Position numbers and translations under genes: made by a program. Shown here one piece after another: positions 57,337 to 64,000 of a DNA stretch of 64,000 nt (the first letter of the stretch is position 1; each line of letters begins with the position of its first letter). Under the pieces are notes generated by a model. That model had not been told where the DNA came from. It saw nothing but the letters and a program-made list of their open reading frames with translations, and searched no databases. This DNA comes from Bdellovibrionales bacterium (GTDB taxonomy: Bacteria > Bdellovibrionota > Bdellovibrionia > Bdellovibrionales > JAGQZY01), in the NCBI GenBank assembly GCA_031426555.1, contig JANPLN010000042.1, positions 1 through 64,000 of the forward strand, written 5' to 3'.

Positions 57337-59148
57337 ATGAAAAAAATGTTATTTTTGGGGTTGGTTTTTATTTCTTTGGTCGGCGGAGCCAAAATTGGCG
57401 CTGCGCAAACAGACACGGGGCTGAAAGCCATAGCGGATCGCTATAATCAAGAGCTGATGTACTTCGAATACGAACTGCACTCCTTTGACCAGCAAACCGA
57501 GTGGGCCGAAAACGCAAAATCTGATTACGAAAATTTGCAGTTATTAAACCCTTCGGTTCAACAAACATCGTTGTGGAAAAATTTGAATTTTTATTTAAAG
57601 GCACAAACATCGCAGGAGCTCGCGTGCAAACCCTACTACTGGATGAACGATGGGCTGTATCAACTTTCAGGGGCGTTTTACATGCAAGAGTGGCTGCAGA
57701 GCTCAGAATCACCAAAAACCATGGACGAGTTTAATAAACTCGTTGATGAGGGTGTGGCGAAAGTTCAGTTGCAGTTAAAATATGCCCAAGAAAAATTAAT
57801 TAAAATTCAAGCGGATGGGGTGATTCCGCCCCGGTCGTCCACGTATGCTTATCTTTCTATGATCGATCGTCCCGAGTCTGGCAGCCCGCAGCGCTTGGGA
57901 CTGACGTACTCGGTCTCCGAACTTCCAAATTTCACAAATTGCGCGATTTGCTCCCAGATCGAGGGGCAAAAATTGATAGAAAGATATGATCTCGAAGTTG
58001 CGCCGATCATGGCCGAGGTGGCGGCAGAGTTTGATAAAGTCAATTTGCTGCTCAAAGACGACACTCCTATAAACATGCCACCAAGTTTGCGTGAGGAGTG
58101 TTACAAGACCGTGCTCTCAGGAATCTATTCTGACCTCACGGGCCCCATGGTTTTAAAAAAGGGAGACAGCGAATTGCTGCGCGCGGAAAAATCCATGCTC
58201 GAGCTTCTGGTAAAAATGGGCAAGCCTCTCACGCCGCCTTTAAGCATCGCCGCATTTATCGAGCAAGAGTACAACCTCATGGCCGCCAATACAAAATATC
58301 ATTTAAAAACTCAAGACGATTACCAAAAAATTTACGATGTATTATTTCAACGATTTCAAAACAAAAAAGATTTGATCACGTCACGACCTCTCAACTATCC
58401 GCTAGAGTACAATTACACTCTAGAACCTGGGTATCCAAAATCTGGGGGCTTTTATTTTAATGATGATGAAGGGAAAGGGTACTTCTCTACCGTTTCAGGC
58501 TTGGAGCCCGGATATCTTTCGTTTGAAGTGGCTTGGCTATTTATTCATGAGGGTTTGCCTGGCCATCATATGGAACAGTCCATCGATTATGACTTTAGAA
58601 AATCGGCAGATAATTCGTTTGATCAGTTTAAAAGTTTTTCTCCCTACACCGAGGGATGGGGCCTTTACACCGAGGAATTGGCCTTTGATTTAGATCTTTA
58701 CCAAAATCTCGAAGAGCAATTTGCCTATTACGATGGGCTTCGCTTGCGAGCCCTTCGCATGATCAACTCCTATCGTTTCTATGTTGATGGTTGGGACGAA
58801 GCCAAGGTGGTGGCGTTTACCGATGAGCATTTGTTTGGCGGAGACAACGACGCAAAGGACGCTGTGGGACGAGCCAAACGCTGGGACGCCCAAGGTGTGG
58901 GTTACATGACCGGAAAAACGATGCTGATGAGTATGAAAAATTCGGCTGATAAAATTCTCGGCTCAGGCTGTTTTACCCTGGCGGAATACCACGATTCATT
59001 TTTAATCAAAGGCTCAACACACTTGGACACATTGGTGTGGCAAACCGCCCAGTGGATTAAAATCAATCAATGCTACCGGGGAGAATTGACTCGTGACGAA
59101 ATTGAGAGCGTGCTTCGCAAAGATATCGTCGACGCCTTTAACATTTAA
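57337..59148 (+). CDS. DUF885-family secreted protein (metallopeptidase-like)
   Basis: Signal peptide; HEGLPGHH, EGWGLYTE, RALR, QGVGYMTG. Confidence 0.85.
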   Translation: MKKMLFLGLVFISLVGGAKIGAAQTDTGLKAIADRYNQELMYFEYELHSFDQQTEWAENAKSDYENLQLLNPSVQQTSLWKNLNFYLKAQTSQELACKPYYWMNDGLYQLSGAFYMQEWLQSSESPKTMDEFNKLVDEGVAKVQLQLKYAQEKLIKIQADGVIPPRSSTYAYLSMIDRPESGSPQRLGLTYSVSELPNFTNCAICSQIEGQKLIERYDLEVAPIMAEVAAEFDKVNLLLKDDTPINMPPSLREECYKTVLSGIYSDLTGPMVLKKGDSELLRAEKSMLELLVKMGKPLTPPLSIAAFIEQEYNLMAANTKYHLKTQDDYQKIYDVLFQRFQNKKDLITSRPLNYPLEYNYTLEPGYPKSGGFYFNDDEGKGYFSTVSGLEPGYLSFEVAWLFIHEGLPGHHMEQSIDYDFRKSADNSFDQFKSFSPYTEGWGLYTEELAFDLDLYQNLEEQFAYYDGLRLRALRMINSYRFYVDGWDEAKVVAFTDEHLFGGDNDAKDAVGRAKRWDAQGVGYMTGKTMLMSMKNSADKILGSGCFTLAEYHDSFLIKGSTHLDTLVWQTAQWIKINQCYRGELTRDEIESVLRKDIVDAFNI

Positions 59149-59254
59149 GCAGGGCGCGATGTCATTATAATTGCTGAAAATGCCCTGTTGTTTTCTGTAA
59201 TGAGCTGGTGTATCAAAACTCTCCAATCCAATCATATTTATAGAGGAGGCCTTT

Positions 59255-60790
59255 TTGGGACTTTTTACCAAGAAAACCATGGCGGATTTCGCAGCTGAAG
59301 CGAACGATCAAAATGTGGAAGGTGGTCACTCCCTTAAAAGACACTTAGGTGCATTCAATTTAACGATGCTCGGCATTGGTGCCATCGTTGGGGCTGGAAT
59401 TTTTTCTCTCACCGGCACAGCGGCAGCGTACTACGCGGGCCCCGCCATTGTTTATAGCTTTATTATAGGTGGTATTTTGTGCGCCCTGGCTGGGCTTTGT
59501 TATTCCGAAATGGCCTCAATGGTTCCTGTGGCGGGCTCGGCCTACGCTTACTCCTACGCCACCATGGGCGAACTTGTGGCGTGGATTATCGGGTGGGATT
59601 TGGTTTTAGAATACGCCTTTGGATCCATCACTGTGGCGGCTTCGTGGTCGGGATATTTTGTTTCCTTAGTCACAAAAACTTTGGGAGTTCACTGTTCAGA
59701 CACCGTGCTGCTTTTTACCAAGGGCCCGTGGGAACAGGTCACCCTCTCCGATGGCGCTTTGCACTATGGATATTGGAACGCGCCTGCGTCTTTTATCGCC
59801 CTTTTAGTTTCGTTTATTCTTTACCGCGGTATTAAAGAGAGCGCCTCGGTGAACAACGTGATTGTGGCCTTAAAAGTTCTCATTATTCTTTTGTTTATTA
59901 TTATTGGCTGGGGAGTGATCGACCCACAAAACTGGGTGGCCAATCCCAGTGCCAGTGGCTTGATGCAACTCATTCCGCCCACGGGCCCCAGCATGCGCCA
60001 TGGTGTGGAGTTTGAAAGTTTTGGTCTGGCAGGTGTTCTCACTGCGGCGGGTGTGGTGTTCTTTTCGTACATCGGTTTTGATTCCATCTCCACCATGGGG
60101 CAGGAGTCTAAAAATCCACAACGCGATTTACCCATTGGAATGTTAGGCTCCCTGGTTATCTGCACAACCATCTATATTTTAATGTCGCTCACCATGACCG
60201 GCGTGGTGAATTACAAAGAGCTCGGCGTGGCAGATCCGGTAGCCGTGGGCGTGGATAAAATCGTACAGCTCCGACAGTGGAGTCCAATTTGGCAAACCGT
60301 GCTGTCGTTCTTCGTAAAGTTTGGGGCTCTGTGTGGCTTGTCGTCGGTGATTCTTGTGATGATGATTGGTCAGACGCGCGTGTTCTATGCCATCGGGCGC
60401 GACGGGCTTTTACCGTGGTTTGATAAAGTTCATCCTAAGTACTCCACTCCATATATTGCAACCGCTGTGAACGGCATTTTTGTGGCTTTGTGCGGAGGCA
60501 TCATGCCCATGAGTTTAGTGGGGGAGTTAACATCCATCGGAACCCTTCTCGCCTTTGTCTTGGTTTGCGCGGGTGTATTTATTCTTCGTCATACCAATCC
60601 CGAAATTCCTCGACCATTTAAGACTCCTGTTTACTGGTTGGTTTGCCCGCTCGGAGCACTTTCCTGTTTGTGGGTGATGTCGGGACTGCCGCACGACACG
60701 TGGATCAGGCTCTTTGTCTGGTTGGCCATCGGCTTTGTGATCTATTTTGGATATGGCAAAAAACATAGCAAGCTGAGAGCCCGACCTTAG
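59255..60790 (+). CDS. APC-family amino acid permease
   Basis: LGIGAIVGAGIF, CYSEMASMVPVAGSAY, GWDLVLEY, FFSYIGFD, RPFKTP; GAGGAGG SD with TTG start. Confidence 0.93.
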   Translation: MGLFTKKTMADFAAEANDQNVEGGHSLKRHLGAFNLTMLGIGAIVGAGIFSLTGTAAAYYAGPAIVYSFIIGGILCALAGLCYSEMASMVPVAGSAYAYSYATMGELVAWIIGWDLVLEYAFGSITVAASWSGYFVSLVTKTLGVHCSDTVLLFTKGPWEQVTLSDGALHYGYWNAPASFIALLVSFILYRGIKESASVNNVIVALKVLIILLFIIIGWGVIDPQNWVANPSASGLMQLIPPTGPSMRHGVEFESFGLAGVLTAAGVVFFSYIGFDSISTMGQESKNPQRDLPIGMLGSLVICTTIYILMSLTMTGVVNYKELGVADPVAVGVDKIVQLRQWSPIWQTVLSFFVKFGALCGLSSVILVMMIGQTRVFYAIGRDGLLPWFDKVHPKYSTPYIATAVNGIFVALCGGIMPMSLVGELTSIGTLLAFVLVCAGVFILRHTNPEIPRPFKTPVYWLVCPLGALSCLWVMSGLPHDTWIRLFVWLAIGFVIYFGYGKKHSKLRARP

Positions 60791-60831
60791 TGGGGCTCTT
60801 CGGCCAAAGAGCCCGCCCTGAGTCGGGTTCT
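60777..60831. repeat. GC-rich stem-loop at the permease 3' end (REP-like or terminator)
   Basis: GAGCCCGAC..GGGCTCTT-loop-AAGAGCCC..GTCGGGTTC nested inverted repeat. Confidence 0.55.
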
Positions 60832-60892
60832 TCAAACTAAAGTCGATTTTTCAGACACAAAGTTTAAAATTTGTAAAAAAAATGACACCTCA

Positions 60893-60905
60893 TCTCAAAT
60901 TGAGA
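60893..60905. promoter_or_regulatory. TCTCA-N3-TGAGA palindrome, possible protein-binding site
   Basis: TCTCAAATTGAGA in the intergenic region upstream of 61031. Confidence 0.4.
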
Positions 60906-61030
60906 GCTCAGATGTAAATAAGCCCCTGGCTGGAAAAGTTATTTTTGTCTCACCAGCTAAGTGTTGAAATTTTCAGTGGGACCTCCGAAGAGTCATTTAA
61001 GAAATAAATGATGATAAAGGAGAGGTTCCT

Positions 61031-61996
61031 ATGGCAACAGCGAGAAAACTATCAATGATCGTGGCGATGGCTGCATTCTGTGTGCAGACGGCCCAAGCAG
61101 AAGATCCCACAGAGCTCCAAAGCGAAATGATGGAAGTAGAAGAGGCCATTGCCGACTCCGAAGCCGCAAAAGCGGAACAAGTGGAGACAGGAAAGCGTCT
61201 CGAAAAAGAAAAGAAGGACGCTGCCTCGATGAAAGAGAAAGCGGGCGGAGAGCTTAAAAAAGCCCGTCGCGATGAAGATCGTTCCCGTGAGCGCATCGCC
61301 ATGAACGAAAAGAAAATCTTGGAAGCGCAAGACGAAATCGAAAAAGCTAAAAAAGCGATCGAAGACGCCAAAGAAAAAATGGATAAAAACCGTCTCGATG
61401 TTGAGAAGTCTGTCGCCGAGCTAGAAAAAGTTAAAAAAGAAGCTCAGCACCACGCGGATCTTAAGCGAGAAGCCATGGCCGAGAAAGAAGCTGTCGAAAA
61501 GAGCATGCTAAAAGCTCAAGCCAAACTCGAAGATATGAAGCGCACAGAAAAGTCGGCCCTCAAAGAGTTGGCCCGTTCTGAGCAAGAATTAAAATATGTT
61601 CGTGAAAAGGCAAAAAAATCTATGGAAAAGAACGGCGGCGAAAGCAAAGAGTATTTGCGCATTGTTCAAGACCATAGAGACTCTTTAAAAAAGATCGCGA
61701 AGAAACTTGATGAAATCGAAGTGGAACTCGAAGTGGATAAAGCTTACGAAGAAAAGCAGGAACGTAAACAAGCTTCTATGGAGCGCTCACGAAGTGTTTC
61801 CAGCATGAACTCTGCGAAGTTTGCAAAGATCACGTCGCCCACTTGTAGCATGCGCACGTTTCCATCTTCCGATTCTAAAATCATCGGAAGCTACAAAGCC
61901 GGTCGCAAGGTGCAAGTTAAGTTGCACGACAAAGCCTGGTACTCTACGATTTATAACGGTGAAAAAGTATTTTTAGGAACCGGTTGCTTCGAGTAG
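61031..61996 (+). CDS. Secreted long coiled-coil protein with C-terminal SH3b-like domain
   Basis: Signal peptide (AQA); E/K-rich heptads for about 230 aa; MRTFPSSDSKIIG..AG..V....WY C-terminus. Confidence 0.75.
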   Translation: MATARKLSMIVAMAAFCVQTAQAEDPTELQSEMMEVEEAIADSEAAKAEQVETGKRLEKEKKDAASMKEKAGGELKKARRDEDRSRERIAMNEKKILEAQDEIEKAKKAIEDAKEKMDKNRLDVEKSVAELEKVKKEAQHHADLKREAMAEKEAVEKSMLKAQAKLEDMKRTEKSALKELARSEQELKYVREKAKKSMEKNGGESKEYLRIVQDHRDSLKKIAKKLDEIEVELEVDKAYEEKQERKQASMERSRSVSSMNSAKFAKITSPTCSMRTFPSSDSKIIGSYKAGRKVQVKLHDKAWYSTIYNGEKVFLGTGCFE

Positions 61997-62001
61997 CTCT
62001 C

Positions 62002-62102
62002 AGGTACCAAGTTCCTTTTTGGAACGCATTGAATAAAAAAAAGCCAAGGTTTCTACCTTGGCTTTTTTTATTCAATGCGTTCCAAAAAGGAACTTGGTAC
62101 CT
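62002..62102. terminator. Near-perfect 101-nt palindrome, bidirectional terminator with repeat-like outer arms
   Basis: 49/48-nt arms (AGGTACCAAGTTCCTTTTTGGAACGCATTGAATA8GCCAAGGT), TTCT loop, single-base bulge; fills the gap between convergent genes. Confidence 0.9.
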
Positions 62103-62853
62103 AGAAGTCAGCAATTTGATCCACGTACTCAGGATGATCAATAAAGGGATTGCGATTCTTTTGAATCTCAAAGATTTGCTCATTGAGCTCGATTTCGCGC
62201 GCGTCTGGCGGATCCATCTCGTGCCACTCACGAAGCGACATCTCTTGATTTTTATCCACTTTGGATTTGTAACGAACAGAGAAATAAAAAATAGCTCGCG
62301 CCATATCACCTTTAATCACGTCGTCTGGTTCAAACACTCTTTCTCCAGAGGAATTGAGTCCCAGGACAGCTTCCTCACAAGGAGCTTGTAGAGTGGTCAC
62401 CGTATCTCCAAAGGGGTAGTTGCCGCGAATGGAATTGATGTGACTCTCTGTCGGGAACAAAATATGCAGATCGGCTTTCTGAGTAGCTTTAGGAAACTGA
62501 CTTGTAAAATGACTTTGCGGCCATGAGTGCTCCACATTAAGAATGTTATTGTCGGGAATTTTCATGGGCCCCAGTTGACTGCCTTTTGCAAAGTCAGCAT
62601 TGGTAAAAGTACCATTGCAGTAATAGGTGTCGATTTCGTAGGTTTGCTGTGACGAACCTTCGAGGTAAAGAAAGCCAAAAATCAATTCCCGTGCGTTTTT
62701 GTAAGACACCGGAGAATGGAAAGCATTTGTCAGATCAAAAAGAGAATCTTTTGTCGGAGTTCCTTGGACGACGGAGAAGTACTCCGCAGGAACGGCATAA
62801 ACGGACGTTACACAAAACACCAAACACAACACGCTCAAAAGCCTTTTGAACAT
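62101..62853 (-). CDS. Secreted endonuclease I family nuclease (EndA/Bsn-like)
   Basis: Signal peptide; NVEHSWPQS, DLHILFPT...NSIRGNYPFG, KGDMARAIFYF.VRY, QKNRNPFIDHP. Confidence 0.9.
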   Translation of the reverse strand: MFKRLLSVLCLVFCVTSVYAVPAEYFSVVQGTPTKDSLFDLTNAFHSPVSYKNARELIFGFLYLEGSSQQTYEIDTYYCNGTFTNADFAKGSQLGPMKIPDNNILNVEHSWPQSHFTSQFPKATQKADLHILFPTESHINSIRGNYPFGDTVTTLQAPCEEAVLGLNSSGERVFEPDDVIKGDMARAIFYFSVRYKSKVDKNQEMSLREWHEMDPPDAREIELNEQIFEIQKNRNPFIDHPEYVDQIADF

Positions 62854-62978
62854 CGTACCCCCCTCACATCATGTGATGTCTTGTTTTATCTACCGAGATA
62901 TATTGTTACAAGGTGGATTCCGAAATCAGACAGAAAATTAACAAATGAAGCTTTGCGCAAAATATTTAGTGAGCAGTT

Positions 62979-64000
62979 TTAAGGCGAAGCGGGAGTGATC
63001 CAAGGGATATTCAATTTTTGCTCCATGAGAGCTCCTAAAACATAGGCAATAAATGCGGCAAAGATGGCCATCAAGAACGGCGCATCCCACGCAAGCCACA
63101 TGTCGCCCACTTGATAAAAGATCATTCCCGAAATCAATGCCATGGACCCGGCGAGAGCGTTGCCCCAGCGGGTGTAAATTCCAAAAAAGGTAATTATCAA
63201 AAGCCCCGATGTTCCAAAGGAGGAGGCCGCCTCGAGGAGAGAATAGATCCCACTGGAAAAATGCGCGATGGCGTAGGCAAGAAGAGCAAAAAACACGATC
63301 ATCAAGCGAACAACTCTCAGTTTGTACTTTTCGGATTTGTGCTGGACCCATGGGTCCAATACGTTTTGCACAGTGAGCGCGGCCATGGACAGCAAAATGG
63401 TATCAATGGTTGAGAGAATTGCAGAGATCAAGGCGCCCACAAAAATCACATAAATCACCGGAGGGAGGTAATGTTGTGCAATGCTAGTCAAAAACTGTTC
63501 GTTGTGAGTCACATCTGGAAAGATCTGCGGACCGATGAGACCTAAAAACAGCGGGATCACACCGAGAAATAAATAAATAAAACAGGCCCAGTAACTTCCG
63601 CGCTTGGCGATCGTTGGAGACTTTGCAGCCAGGGTGCGAGAGATCAGCTCCTGCGCCACCAGGGAACCTAAAATCGGAATGGCCCAGCGATCCATCCTCT
63701 GCCACAACGTCTCCTCTGTGGCCAAAAAACTCAGCCGTTCATTGGGCATGGTCGAAAAGAGAGACCAACTGAAATCTGCACTGTTGATCACATAGAAAAA
63801 CAAACTCAGCAGACCAAAAAAGATCAATGCGCCTTTGAGCATGTCGGTGATGATGTCGCCCAACAAGCCGCCCAAAAGTGTGTAAACAACCACGGCGAAG
63901 GTGCAAAAGAAGATGGTGGTCTCCACGGGAAGTTGAGTGGTGCTGCTGACAACTTGTCCAAAGGCACGGATCTGCGCGGCTCCCCAAATCAAGGATCCGG
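62979..64000 (-). CDS. Sodium:solute symporter family protein (5' end beyond window)
   Basis: AAQIRAFG, YTLLGGL..DIITD, QELISRTLAAKS, SAILSTIDT. Confidence 0.88.
   Translation of the reverse strand, partial: GSLIWGAAQIRAFGQVVSSTTQLPVETTIFFCTFAVVVYTLLGGLLGDIITDMLKGALIFFGLLSLFFYVINSADFSWSLFSTMPNERLSFLATEETLWQRMDRWAIPILGSLVAQELISRTLAAKSPTIAKRGSYWACFIYLFLGVIPLFLGLIGPQIFPDVTHNEQFLTSIAQHYLPPVIYVIFVGALISAILSTIDTILLSMAALTVQNVLDPWVQHKSEKYKLRVVRLMIVFFALLAYAIAHFSSGIYSLLEAASSFGTSGLLIITFFGIYTRWGNALAGSMALISGMIFYQVGDMWLAWDAPFLMAIFAAFIAYVLGALMEQKLNIPWITPASP

Noticed and set aside
61944..62391. ORFs 61944..62309 (-) and 61984..62391 (+) sharing the peptide RYQVPFWNALNKK
   Set aside because: Artefact of reading a palindrome on both strands; both overlap well-supported genes.
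1..64000. CRISPR arrays, tRNA/rRNA genes, transposases, integrases, prophage, defence systems, ops/JUMPstart
   Set aside because: None recognised; intergenic spaces are short and show no spaced direct repeats or cloverleaf motifs. This was manual reading only, so weak cases could be missed.

Overview
Gene-dense bacterial window. It is probably from a Bdellovibrionota genome; this is an inference from the TIGR03545/TIGR03546 pair, a TCTCA-N3-TGAGA palindrome and an AAAAAGG..GGTACC-type palindrome. About 0.9-55.6 kb is a large cell-surface glycan (LPS/O-antigen) region. It encodes a WbpE/GnnB-like aminotransferase, a WecA-like initiator, ManC, MsbA, split rmlABCD, RgpF, Wzm/Wzt, WaaL, KdsA and WecE, plus many GT2/GT4/GT8 glycosyltransferases, four SAM-methyltransferase-like genes and three O-acylation systems. 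Nutrient and housekeeping genes follow (PhoX, DUF885, APC permease, endonuclease I, sodium:solute symporter). The best candidate for an undescribed system is at 37.5-47.2 kb. A coupled operon of ACP, Zn-finger PP-loop ATPase, FabD-like acyltransferase, AsnB-like amidotransferase and WecD-like GNAT sits beside WecE, a GtrB-like GT2 and a GT-C-like membrane protein. This looks like a polyketide-type malonamyl starter module with no ketosynthase, apparently used to N-acylate an amino sugar for surface decoration. Other notable items: a second lipid-carrier sugar-modification cassette (13.3-19.1 kb), a KdsA with Asp at the Cys/Asn metal-determining site, a 213-nt hairpin element, recurrent leaderless-type promoters and 17 strand switches within the glycan locus. 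No rRNA, tRNA, CRISPR array, transposase or integrase was recognised. All product calls come from motif recognition, not database searches.
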